DNA of 64,000 bases, from NCBI GenBank assembly GCA_052436255.1, contig JBQVNP010000011.1, positions 3,572-67,571 on the forward strand. The letters are read 5' to 3'. Shown here piece by piece: positions 26,421 through 35,632 of this stretch. The number at the start of each line of letters is the position of its first letter. Positions within the stretch are counted from its first letter, which is position 1. The DNA is from Roseateles sp. (GTDB taxonomy: Bacteria; Pseudomonadota; Gammaproteobacteria; Burkholderiales; Burkholderiaceae_C). The position numbers and the translations under genes were made by a program. Under the pieces are notes generated by a model, which worked only from the letters and a program-made list of their open reading frames with translations, did not search any database and was not told the origin of the DNA.

Positions 26421-28130
26421 ATGGAATGGAGCACAGCCTGCCTCGACTGGGAGCGCAGGCTGATTGATCGAGAGTCGATCATCCCGCCGCCGATCTTCCC
26501 GGACCAAGCTGAGGCGGCGCTGGCCATCTTCAGGCAGCTCCGGGTGGTTGACCTGCCCGGAAAGCCGACATTCGGCGAGTGCAGCGAGCAATGGGTCTTT
26601 GACTTCGTCGCGGCCATCTTTGGCGCCTACGAGGGCGAGACCGGAAAGCAGCTGATCCGCGAGTATTTCCTGCTGATCAGCAAGAAGAACACGAAGTCGA
26701 CCATCGCGGCCGGGATCATGCTGACCGCGCTGGTCATGTGCTGGCGCGAGGAAGAAGAGCACCTGATCCTGGCGCCGACCAAGGAAGTCGCCGACAACTC
26801 GTTCAAGCCTGCCGCTGCCATGGTGCGCGCCGACGACGAGCTGCTGGCCATGTTCCACATTCAGGACCACATCCGCACGATCACCCACCGTGTCACGCGG
26901 TCGTCGCTCAAGGTGGTGGCCGCAGACACGGACACGGTTTCAGGCAAGAAGGCCGGTCGCGTGCTGGTCGACGAGCACTGGCTGTTCGGCAAGCGCGCCA
27001 ACGCCGAGGCGATGTTCATGGAGGCCCTGGGCGGCCAGGTGTCGCGCGAAGAGGGCTGGGTCATCTACCTGTCCACCCAAAGCGACGAGCCGCCGGCCGG
27101 GGTGTTCAAGGAGAAGCTGGGCTATTACCGCGATGTGCGGGACGGCAAGATCGAGGACCGCAAGTCGCTGGGCATCCTGTATGAGTACCCCGCGGCGATG
27201 ATCGCCTCGAAGGCCTACGAGAACCCGGCGAACTTCTACGTCACGAACCCGAATGTGGGGCGGTCGGTCAGCTCAGAGTGGCTGGAAGACCAGCTCAAGA
27301 AGAACCGGGCCAAGCTAGACGGCGCGTTTCAGCAGTTTCTGGCCAAGCATCTCAACGTCGAGATCGGCCTGGGCCTGCGTGCCGGGCGCTGGGCTGGTGC
27401 CGATTTCTGGATGCAGCAGGCGCTTCCGTGCCTGACGCTTGAAGAGCTGATCGCTCGCAGCGAACTGGCCACCATCGGCATTGACGGCGGCGGCCTTGAA
27501 GACCTTTTCGGGCTGTGCGTGCTCGGCCGCGAGACAGAAACCGGCCGCTGGCTGGCGTGGACGAAGGCCTGGGCGCATCCCTCCGTGCTGGAGCGGCGCC
27601 AAAGCGAGGCGTCCAAGTTCCGCGACTTCGAGAAAGACGGCGACATGGTCATCGTGTCGCGCGTGCGGGACGACATCGAGCAGGTCGCCGACATCGTCGC
27701 CATGGTGAACGAGTCCGGCTTGCTGGACCGTGAAGAAGGCAAGAAGGCCTGCATCGGGGTTGACCCTTCAGGCCTGGGCGACACGCTGGATGCGCTGATG
27801 GAAGTCGGAATCCAGGAAGACCAGATCGTCAGCATCAGCCAAGGCTGGCGCTTGATGACCGCGATCCAGACCACCGAGCGGCGCCTGGCCGGCGGCGAGC
27901 TGTGGCACGGCGGGCAGCCGCTGATGGCCTATTGCGTCGGCAACGCCAAGACGACACCGAAGGGAAACGCCGTGATGATCGAAAAAGCAGTCTCCGGTCG
28001 CGGCAAGATCGACCCGCTGATGGCGTTGTTCAACGCTGTCGAGCTGATGAGCCGCAACCCGCAGGCGAACACCGGCTCCGTTTACGACGACATCGCCCGC
28101 CAGCGCGAGCTCGCCGCCCAACCGGCATGA
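26421..28130 (+). CDS. Terminase large subunit
   Basis: ISKKNTKST Walker A, VLVDEHW Walker B, KIDPLMAL nuclease motif. Confidence 0.95.
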   Translation: MEWSTACLDWERRLIDRESIIPPPIFPDQAEAALAIFRQLRVVDLPGKPTFGECSEQWVFDFVAAIFGAYEGETGKQLIREYFLLISKKNTKSTIAAGIMLTALVMCWREEEEHLILAPTKEVADNSFKPAAAMVRADDELLAMFHIQDHIRTITHRVTRSSLKVVAADTDTVSGKKAGRVLVDEHWLFGKRANAEAMFMEALGGQVSREEGWVIYLSTQSDEPPAGVFKEKLGYYRDVRDGKIEDRKSLGILYEYPAAMIASKAYENPANFYVTNPNVGRSVSSEWLEDQLKKNRAKLDGAFQQFLAKHLNVEIGLGLRAGRWAGADFWMQQALPCLTLEELIARSELATIGIDGGGLEDLFGLCVLGRETETGRWLAWTKAWAHPSVLERRQSEASKFRDFEKDGDMVIVSRVRDDIEQVADIVAMVNESGLLDREEGKKACIGVDPSGLGDTLDALMEVGIQEDQIVSISQGWRLMTAIQTTERRLAGGELWHGGQPLMAYCVGNAKTTPKGNAVMIEKAVSGRGKIDPLMALFNAVELMSRNPQANTGSVYDDIARQRELAAQPA

Positions 28131-29413
28131 ACTTCCTGTCCCGACTCAAGGCCTGGGTGATGCCGGGCCGGCAGAGCTATGGCCACGGCACGGACGTGGT
28201 GCGAGTGCACCAGTCGCCAATGACCGTGGCCGGCGAGGTCATCACCCACGACACCGCGCTGAAGAACGCCACCGTCTGGGCCTGCATCAACTACCTGAGC
28301 CGCACCGTGGGGCAATTGCCCTGGCGCGTCATGCAGGAGACCGAGACCGGCGCCAAGCGCGCGCCCATGCATCCGGTCGAGTACCTGATCAAGACGCGCC
28401 CGAATCGCGAGATGAGCTCGTTCGCGTTCCGTGAGACGCTGGTCGGATGGGCCGCCCGTTATGGCAATGGCGTCGCCGAGATTCAGCGCGACCGCCGCGG
28501 CGTGCCTGTTGCCCTGTGGCCCATCCACCCGTCCCGCGTCACTTTCGAGCGCGACGAGGCTGGCGATCTGGTCTACGGCGTGGCCGGCAGCGACGGCGAG
28601 AAGAGCTTTCTGCGTGCCGAGGATGTTTACCACGTCCGCGGCTTTGGTGAGGGCGCCGTCGGCCTGGACGTCATCACCTACGCGGCCGAGTCCATCGGCT
28701 GGGCCAACGCCACCGAGTTGTTTGGCGCCTCATTCTTCGGCAACGGCGCCAACATCAGCGGCTTCCTTTCCGTGCCCGGCAAGATGTCCCTCGGCGGCAA
28801 GGAAGCGCTCGACGCTGAGCTGAAGGAAAAGCATGGCGGCCCTCGCAAGGGCAACAAGACCATGATCGTCGACGCCGGCATGAAGTACGAGAAGTCTGGC
28901 GTCGCCCCGGACGACGCCCAGTTCACCGAGACCATGCAGCACCAGGTCGAGCAGATCTGCCGCTGGTTCGGCGTGCCGCCGCACAAGGTCATGCACATGC
29001 TGCGCGCGACCTTCAGCAACATCGAGCATCAGAGCATCGAGGTCGTCGTCGATTCCATTGCGCCCTGGTGCAAGCGCTTCGAAGACGAGGCCGACTACAA
29101 GTTCTTCGGCCAGAACCGTCAAGCCTTCTATACCAAGATGGACCTCAAGGGCTTGCTGCGCGGCGACTTCAAGAGCCGTCAGGAAGGCCTGCAGGTCATG
29201 CGCCGCAACGGCGTCATCAACGCCAACGAGTGGCGCCGGCTTGAGGACATGGACGAGATCGGCCAGGACGGCGACAAGTACATCGTCGAGGGAAACATGA
29301 CCACCCTCAAGGCAGTTGGGCTGCAGCAAGCAGCAGGACCGGCGCCCGAGCCGGAAGACGAATCACCCGTGCAGCGCGCCCGCCGTCAGGCTCAGCGCGC
29401 GCTGCTGCATTGA
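28127..29413 (+). CDS. HK97-family portal protein
   Basis: RPNREMSSFAF...PIHPSRV...QICRWFGVPPH...ATFSNIEHQ. Confidence 0.95.
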   Translation: MNFLSRLKAWVMPGRQSYGHGTDVVRVHQSPMTVAGEVITHDTALKNATVWACINYLSRTVGQLPWRVMQETETGAKRAPMHPVEYLIKTRPNREMSSFAFRETLVGWAARYGNGVAEIQRDRRGVPVALWPIHPSRVTFERDEAGDLVYGVAGSDGEKSFLRAEDVYHVRGFGEGAVGLDVITYAAESIGWANATELFGASFFGNGANISGFLSVPGKMSLGGKEALDAELKEKHGGPRKGNKTMIVDAGMKYEKSGVAPDDAQFTETMQHQVEQICRWFGVPPHKVMHMLRATFSNIEHQSIEVVVDSIAPWCKRFEDEADYKFFGQNRQAFYTKMDLKGLLRGDFKSRQEGLQVMRRNGVINANEWRRLEDMDEIGQDGDKYIVEGNMTTLKAVGLQQAAGPAPEPEDESPVQRARRQAQRALLH

Positions 29414-29424
29414 AGGAAACTCTC

Positions 29425-29916
29425 ATGAAGCTCGCTGATTGCGAAGTCTCGCACCGCCACGTCCGCGGCCACAACGTGGCCTTCCTGTTCGGCCCTCGTG
29501 CGCTGTCCGGCGCCGAGTGCGCGGCTCTGCTGGCCGAGTGGCACCAGGCCTACGGCCCCGACGCTTCGCCGGCCTATGCAAGCCCGGTCGGCTGGCAGTC
29601 GCTCGCCCAGGCCAGCGCGCTCGGCCCCCTCGCATCGCTGCTGCGCGTTGACGAAGACCGCGAGGTCGTCGAGTTCGATGGCGTGAAGTTCAGCGCCGAG
29701 ATGCTGCGCACCTTCGTGACGCCGACGCCCGAAGGCTTCGCTTTCCGCATCATCGAAGTCGACGGCGTCGCGACCGTGAGCCGCTTGGAACTGCCTGCCG
29801 TGCAGGTCGACGCGGAGCCTGCGCCCGCCAAGGATGCTGACGCTTCGGCCCCGGCCCCGGCCTCCGCGCCTGCGCCTGCCCGCAAGACTGCCGCCAACAA
29901 GAAGGCAGGCGACTGA
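29425..29916 (+). CDS. Hypothetical protein between portal and protease
   Basis: AAGGA RBS; Ala/Pro-rich tail. Confidence 0.6.
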   Translation: MKLADCEVSHRHVRGHNVAFLFGPRALSGAECAALLAEWHQAYGPDASPAYASPVGWQSLAQASALGPLASLLRVDEDREVVEFDGVKFSAEMLRTFVTPTPEGFAFRIIEVDGVATVSRLELPAVQVDAEPAPAKDADASAPAPASAPAPARKTAANKKAGD

Positions 29917-29917
29917 G

Positions 29918-30640
29918 ATGGGTGCCGGCTTCAGCATCAAGGCCAAGGCCAACAAGACCGCCGAGATCCTGATCTATGAGGATGTCGGCGAGGGCTGGTT
30001 CGGCGGCGTCAGCGCCAAGCAGTTCGCCTTGGAGCTGAAGGCGCTCGGCGACGTCACGACCATCGACGTGCGCATCAACAGCTACGGCGGTGACGTTTTC
30101 GAAGGCCTGGCCATCTACAACCAGCTGGTCCGCCACAAGGCCAAGATCATCACGCACGTCGACGGCATCGCGGCGTCCATCGCCTCGGTGATCGCCATGG
30201 CTGGCAACGAGATCCGCATCGGCGAATCTGGCTGGCTCATGATCCACAACGCCTGGAGCATGGCGGCCGGCGACTACCACGCCATGGACGAAATGAGCGC
30301 GCGCCTGCGCGCCACCAGCAAGACCCTGGCCGACATCTACGTCGCCCGCACCGGGGCCGACCTGGCGAAGGTCAAGGCCTGGATGGACGAAGAGACCTGG
30401 TTCGATGCAAGCCAGGCCACCGCCGAGAAGTTCGCCGACTCGGTGACCGAGAACCTGCGCATGGCCGCGCGCCTCGTGCCGGATCGCTTTGCCTTCCGCC
30501 ACGTTCCGGCCGCTATCCAGCAGGCCGCCATGACCCGAGCCGACGCTGAGCCGCACCCGGCAAACGCCGACATCCGCGCCCAGCTCGCCGCGCTGACCGA
30601 GCGCGCCCGCGCCCGCCACATCACCCCCCCCACACCCTGA
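29918..30640 (+). CDS. ClpP-like (S14) prohead protease
   Basis: RINSYGGDVF...DGIAASIASVIAMAG...MIHNAW...ETWFDA. Confidence 0.93.
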   Translation: MGAGFSIKAKANKTAEILIYEDVGEGWFGGVSAKQFALELKALGDVTTIDVRINSYGGDVFEGLAIYNQLVRHKAKIITHVDGIAASIASVIAMAGNEIRIGESGWLMIHNAWSMAAGDYHAMDEMSARLRATSKTLADIYVARTGADLAKVKAWMDEETWFDASQATAEKFADSVTENLRMAARLVPDRFAFRHVPAAIQQAAMTRADAEPHPANADIRAQLAALTERARARHITPPTP

Positions 30641-30701
30641 CCTCGCGGGTTGGGGCGCCTCGCCCTGCCGCGTTCTCCGAGCCGCGAGGCTCTTCCAAAT
30701 C

Positions 30702-30725
30702 GGCCCATTTCGGTGGGCCTTTTTC
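30702..30725 (+). terminator. Intrinsic terminator
   Basis: GGCCCAT-TTCG-GTGGGCC-TTTTT. Confidence 0.75.
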
Positions 30726-30746
30726 ATTTCTGAAAGGCAAAACGCT

Positions 30747-32231
30747 ATGCGTAGCATCAACCACCACCGTCATGTGTGGAATTCGCGGCGGGCGGCTGTG
30801 CTCGCCATGGTCGCATCGGTCGGCATGCGTGCTGACGACGAAGACCCGATCACCGTCGGCTACCGGACGCGTCAGGAAGACCTGATCCAGCGTTCGAACG
30901 CCATCTTGGCCCAGGCCGACACCGAGGGCCGCGAACTCAGCCAGCAGGAGCGCGGCGAGATCGGCGACAACACCGCGGCCGTCGAGCAGTTGGAGACCGA
31001 CATCCAGTTGCGCGCCAGCGTGGCACGTCAGGAGGCGCGCCAGCGCCAGCCGCAGGCCCGCGTGACCCCCGCCAACTCCGGCGAGCCGGCCCCACAAGAC
31101 GAGCAGCGCCCGCAGGCCGGCGCCCGTCAGCCGGTCATCCAGACCACGCACCTCAACACTCCCGCCACGCGCGCCGCAGCCCGCGGCAACGGCGGTTTCC
31201 AGACCATGGGCCACTGGGCCATGGCCGTGCGTGCCGCCTCGCTGAATCCCACCAGCATGGACGGCCGCCTGCAGGCTGCGCTGACGACCTACGGCTCGGA
31301 AGGCGCCGGCTCCGATGGCGGCTTCGCTGTCCCGACGGACTACCGCAACGAAGTCATCCGCCTGGGCATGCTCAGCGAAGACTCGCTGTTCAACCGCTGC
31401 GATACCACGCCGACCAACAGCAACAGCGTGACGCTGGTGAAGGACGAAACCACGCCCTGGTCCACCAGCGGCGTGCGCGTCTACACCCGCACCGAAGCGC
31501 AGGCGATGACGCAGTCCAAGCCGGTGCTGGGCGACATGACGGTCAAGCTGCACGAGACCTATGCGTTCGTGCCGATGACCGACGAGCTGCTGGCCGACGC
31601 GCCCATGCTGTCGTCCTACCTGACGACCAAGGCAGGCGAGGCGTTCCAGTTCAAGCTGAACGACTACATCGTCAACGGCACCGGTGCCGGCCAGATCCTG
31701 GGCATCCTGAACAGCCCGGCCCTGATCACCGTCGGCAAGGAAACCTCGCAGACGGCTGACACCGTGCACGCCGACAACATCGTCAAGATGTGGTCTCGCA
31801 TGCCGGCCGCCGCGCGCAGCCGCTCGGTGTGGCTGGTCAACCAGGATGTCGAGCCCCAGCTGATGCAGCTCGGCTCCGTGGTCAAGACGGCCACCGGCAC
31901 CGCGGTTGGCGGCATGCCTTCCTACCTGCCGCCTGGCGGCCTGTCGGCAAGCCCCTACGGCACCCTGCTGGGCCGCCCGGTGGTGGTCACCGAGGCCTGC
32001 CAAGCCCTGGGCGACAAGGGCGACATCATCCTCGCCTACCTGCCTGGCTTCTTCGCTCCGTACAAGGGCGGCCTGAAGTCGGACGTGTCGATGCACCTGT
32101 TCTTCGACCAGGGCGTCACGGCATTCCGTTGGACCCTGCGCGCCGGCGGCCAGCCGTGGCTTTCGGCCCCCATCGCACGCAAGAACGGCGGCAACACGCT
32201 GTCCCACTTCGTGACGCTGGAAGCGCGCTGA
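30747..32231 (+). CDS. Major capsid protein (HK97 fold)
   Basis: Coiled-coil leader, GSDGGFAVP, GTGAGQILGIL, PYGTLLGRPVVVTE. Confidence 0.95.
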   Translation: MRSINHHRHVWNSRRAAVLAMVASVGMRADDEDPITVGYRTRQEDLIQRSNAILAQADTEGRELSQQERGEIGDNTAAVEQLETDIQLRASVARQEARQRQPQARVTPANSGEPAPQDEQRPQAGARQPVIQTTHLNTPATRAAARGNGGFQTMGHWAMAVRAASLNPTSMDGRLQAALTTYGSEGAGSDGGFAVPTDYRNEVIRLGMLSEDSLFNRCDTTPTNSNSVTLVKDETTPWSTSGVRVYTRTEAQAMTQSKPVLGDMTVKLHETYAFVPMTDELLADAPMLSSYLTTKAGEAFQFKLNDYIVNGTGAGQILGILNSPALITVGKETSQTADTVHADNIVKMWSRMPAAARSRSVWLVNQDVEPQLMQLGSVVKTATGTAVGGMPSYLPPGGLSASPYGTLLGRPVVVTEACQALGDKGDIILAYLPGFFAPYKGGLKSDVSMHLFFDQGVTAFRWTLRAGGQPWLSAPIARKNGGNTLSHFVTLEAR

Positions 32232-32298
32232 TCTGACTGAGACGGGCCCGGCCTGCGGTCGGCCCACTCGCAACCCATCTTGAAGAAAGGACTCCATC

Positions 32299-32790
32299 AT
32301 GTCCCTCACCCTGAACGCGCGGCTGTCTGAGCAGGCCGCATTCATCCAGGCCACCGCCATCGGCGCGCTGGCCACGACGGTCGGCGACGGCGCCTATGTG
32401 TCGCTCAAGAACTACGCCAAGGTCTGCGTCGTCATCGACGTGACGAACGCCACCACTGTGACCGGCGGCGTCGTGACGCTCAAGCAGGCCACCGCGGTTG
32501 CTGGCACCGGCGAGAAGGCACTGGCATTCACGCGCATGCTCGCGAACATCGACGTTGCCGCAAGCCAGACCATGGTCGAAACGGCGGTCTCGAACAACAC
32601 GTTCACGACCGACACGACCAACAGCAAGCGCCTGCGCTACATCATCGAGATCGACACCGACCAGCTCGATGTCGACGGCAACTTCGACTGCTTCCGCGTC
32701 GACGTCGCCTCGATGGCTGCCGCTACCGGCACCGTCAGCTACATCCTCTGGGGTGCTCGCTACAGCGGCGCAGCAGCGGCAACCGACTGA
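32299..32790 (+). CDS. Probable head decoration/cement protein
   Basis: 163-aa beta-rich ORF directly after capsid with strong RBS. Confidence 0.6.
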   Translation: MSLTLNARLSEQAAFIQATAIGALATTVGDGAYVSLKNYAKVCVVIDVTNATTVTGGVVTLKQATAVAGTGEKALAFTRMLANIDVAASQTMVETAVSNNTFTTDTTNSKRLRYIIEIDTDQLDVDGNFDCFRVDVASMAAATGTVSYILWGARYSGAAAATD

Positions 32791-32812
32791 TCTCCGACAT
32801 CAACAGGCACAT

Positions 32813-32847
32813 GCGGGCCGGCTCTTTGGAGCCGGCCCGCCTTCTTT
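32813..32847 (+). terminator. Intrinsic terminator
   Basis: GCGGGCCGGCTC-TTTG-GAGCCGGCCCGC-CTTCTTT. Confidence 0.75.
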
Positions 32848-32862
32848 GACACGGAGAATGCG

Positions 32863-35340
32863 ATGACGACAACCGTAACCTTGCTGAGGAATGTTCGCGC
32901 TGGGACGGGCGGCGGCACATGGAGGGCTGGTGACACGCATGTTGCAAGCGACGACTACGCCGACTTTCTGATCGGGCGCGGTGACGCTTATGACGCGAAC
33001 GGCGTAATCAAGGACGTTGATCGATCCTTGGTGTCAGGGGGTGGGATCACCGACACATCCGCCACAGCGAGCGCAATTTCGTCGGCACTCCAGTCGTCTG
33101 GCGCTGCCAGCGTTGCCGCAATCACCGGCTCCATCCCAGAGACCATCCTGCTGGGCTCCAACACCAATCTGACGCTGCAGCCCGGGACGGTGCTCCGCGC
33201 CACCGGAACGCGGCAACACACGTTGATCCGCACCGGCAATGCGGAATTTCTGGCTGACGACGGCGCGCTGCCTGGAGTGTCGATCTACTGCCACGACGAG
33301 GTGACTGCAGCAGGCACCGGGACTCTGCGCTACACGCACGCCACCACGTCGCTGGCCTGGCTGGCTCCGGGCGAGTCGAGCTACGGCGCCGAGGTCAACA
33401 TTGGCGCCGTCGTCAACGCCAGCACCGTCGCCATCTTCACGCTGCCGGGCGCCTCGGCTGGCAAGCAGCTCTATGTCTACGTCGCGCCGACCCTGACCGG
33501 CACCGTGAGAACCGGCGTGATGACGCGTCGCGTCCGCGTCGAGCCCGTGACCGGCGCGAAGTCGATGACCTGGACCCGCGCGAGCAACGTCCGAGCCATC
33601 AACCAAGCCGACCACGGCCGCCGGATCGGCGATTTCGTCATCTGCTTCGGGCCGTCTGGCAACGTGCGGCACGATTTCATCACTGCTGTCACTGCCAACA
33701 GCTACACCATCCCCGACCCTGGCGCCGACCAACCTGTCGCACAGACCGGCCGCGCCTACGGCGTGCGCAACATCGTCATCAATGGCACTGGGGCAACTCT
33801 GGATTACCGCAAAGGTGCGCTCACGACTGCTGCGATGAGCAACCTTCACGCGGTGATCCTCAACGCATGCTCGGACGTGGAGTTGATCAACCTCGAAGTC
33901 AGCAACACGACCAAGTACGCCCTGCTGCTGTCGGGCTACAAAAATGTCAAGGTCAGCGGCTTCCGCACCTTCCGCGACGACTCGTCCAACGTTGCAGGAA
34001 ACAGCGACGTGGTGCATCCCCTCGGCCCCGGCCGGGGCCTCGTCGTAGAACGCACACGCGCCCAGGGTGGCGACAACCTGATCGGCGTCGGCTGCTCGGA
34101 TTTCTTCGACTACGTGCTCAACCTGCCGGCCTACGGCGACCTGTCGCTGATCGGCGGTCGGGTGACCGACTCGTGGGGCGAGAACACGCACCAGCAGCCC
34201 GTTCGGTTCTACAACGGCAACGGAACCAACGCCATCCGCGATTGGACCGTGGATGGCATCTATGGCACCTATGACACCAACGTCGATGCGGCGGTGGCGG
34301 TCATCATGGACACGATGTCCAACATCGACGGAAACGGCATTGTCGGCATGGTTGACTCTGGCGCCACCAACATCGACGGGCTGACTCTGCGCAACATCAG
34401 CGCGACGCGCGTGGACGGTCAGCCGAGTTGCGCCTTCATTTCGCGCGGCGCCGGCACCCGGCGCGGCCTCAAGATCGACCGCCTGCGGCCCCGCACGTTT
34501 TCCGTCAGCACCAGCGCCACGGTGCACATTGAAGATTCGACGTGGGAGGGCGTTGAGGCCGAGGTGTTCGGTGCAGGCTCCTTTGCGGGCGCCATCATCG
34601 GCCTGTTTGGCACAGGCACTATTCGTGACCTGCGCGTGGACGCAACGCAGCTCGTCTGGGACAACGCCCTGGGCAGCGGCGCACGCGGCGCCGTCGTGCT
34701 GCTCAACAACGCCAACGCCGTCATCACGAACCTGCGCGTTCGCGTGTTGGGCAGCGACAGCAGCGCCTCGGGCAACAAGGCCAATGTCGTCTGGATCAAC
34801 AACGGCACCGTCACCCGCTACTACGTCACCGGCCACTTCGGCGCCGGGACAGATGCCATCTTGCGGGTGTCGAATGGCTCCTGCACGTACTTCACTGCCA
34901 ACGACCTGGAGCACGAGGGTAGCTTCGTCGCCGTGGCTGACGCTCCTGTGAACCACATCAACCTCAACGAGGTGTATCACTGGAACGGCGCCAGTTCGTG
35001 CATCGCCTACAACGTGGCTGCCGGTGGCACTGTCCGCGTCCGTGCCCGCCAAGTTCGGTGCAGCAACCGATTCATTCGCAACACGGCGGGCAGCACAGCC
35101 TTTTTGCTCGAAGCCCAGTCTACTGAGCTGACGAGCAGCGTGTTCGTGGTCGATGCCGGCACGCCGGCCCTGCGCCTGCAGGGGCCAACGGACATCAGCA
35201 TGGACGGCGCGCTGCTGGACGCCACCGTGGGCAACCACGCGCCCGGCGCGAGCTTCTACAACACCAACGCCGCTTTCGGAGCCCCCGGCGTCGGCGCTTA
35301 CGTGCGCGGCGCGACGACGTGGACCCGAGTGGCCGCCTGA
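32863..35340 (+). CDS. 825-aa virion protein, probable right-handed beta-helix (pectin-lyase-like) fibre/depolymerase
   Basis: Repetitive beta-helix-like segments (NLHAVILN, NSDVVHPLG, GGDNLIGV); G/A/T/N-rich; short N-terminal domain. Confidence 0.65.
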   Translation: MTTTVTLLRNVRAGTGGGTWRAGDTHVASDDYADFLIGRGDAYDANGVIKDVDRSLVSGGGITDTSATASAISSALQSSGAASVAAITGSIPETILLGSNTNLTLQPGTVLRATGTRQHTLIRTGNAEFLADDGALPGVSIYCHDEVTAAGTGTLRYTHATTSLAWLAPGESSYGAEVNIGAVVNASTVAIFTLPGASAGKQLYVYVAPTLTGTVRTGVMTRRVRVEPVTGAKSMTWTRASNVRAINQADHGRRIGDFVICFGPSGNVRHDFITAVTANSYTIPDPGADQPVAQTGRAYGVRNIVINGTGATLDYRKGALTTAAMSNLHAVILNACSDVELINLEVSNTTKYALLLSGYKNVKVSGFRTFRDDSSNVAGNSDVVHPLGPGRGLVVERTRAQGGDNLIGVGCSDFFDYVLNLPAYGDLSLIGGRVTDSWGENTHQQPVRFYNGNGTNAIRDWTVDGIYGTYDTNVDAAVAVIMDTMSNIDGNGIVGMVDSGATNIDGLTLRNISATRVDGQPSCAFISRGAGTRRGLKIDRLRPRTFSVSTSATVHIEDSTWEGVEAEVFGAGSFAGAIIGLFGTGTIRDLRVDATQLVWDNALGSGARGAVVLLNNANAVITNLRVRVLGSDSSASGNKANVVWINNGTVTRYYVTGHFGAGTDAILRVSNGSCTYFTANDLEHEGSFVAVADAPVNHINLNEVYHWNGASSCIAYNVAAGGTVRVRARQVRCSNRFIRNTAGSTAFLLEAQSTELTSSVFVVDAGTPALRLQGPTDISMDGALLDATVGNHAPGASFYNTNAAFGAPGVGAYVRGATTWTRVAA

Positions 35341-35364
35341 TCCCAGCCCCTGCCGGTGATGACA

Positions 35365-35390
35365 GGCCCGCCTATTTGGCGGGTTTTTTC
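35365..35390 (+). terminator. Intrinsic terminator
   Basis: CCCGCC-TATTT-GGCGGG-TTTTTT. Confidence 0.85.
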
Positions 35391-35548
35391 GTCTCAGCCT
35401 GCTCGACGAGCTGGCGTAACCAGGCCTGGCCGCCGTTGGCATCGACCTTTGCCCACTGAGCGGGCGTTAACCGCACGGAGCGCTGCTCAAGGCGTTCATC
35501 GGCGGGCTTGAAAGGGCGTCCGCCCTTGTTCTTGGGTTCGGTGGTCAT
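35372..35548 (-). CDS. 58-aa putative DNA-binding micro-protein (GRP/AT-hook-like plus RHH-like)
   Basis: Hand translation MTTEPKNKGGRPFKPADERLEQRSVRLTPAQWAKVDANGGQAWLRQLVEQAETKKPAK; divergent from the recombinase. Confidence 0.75.
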   Translation of the reverse strand: MTTEPKNKGGRPFKPADERLEQRSVRLTPAQWAKVDANGGQAWLRQLVEQAETKKPAK

Positions 35549-35632
35549 GCCGGATTCTCAATCACGCAAACCGGGGGTGCCTACACCTAGGTTGTCGTGA
35601 TTGAATAACCGTATGACTAAACGGTTAGCACC

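Noticed and set aside
33034-35442. 802-aa minus-strand ORF opposite the beta-helix gene
   Set aside because: Shadow frame of a GC-rich gene; no motifs, and the plus strand has the RBS and fits the operon
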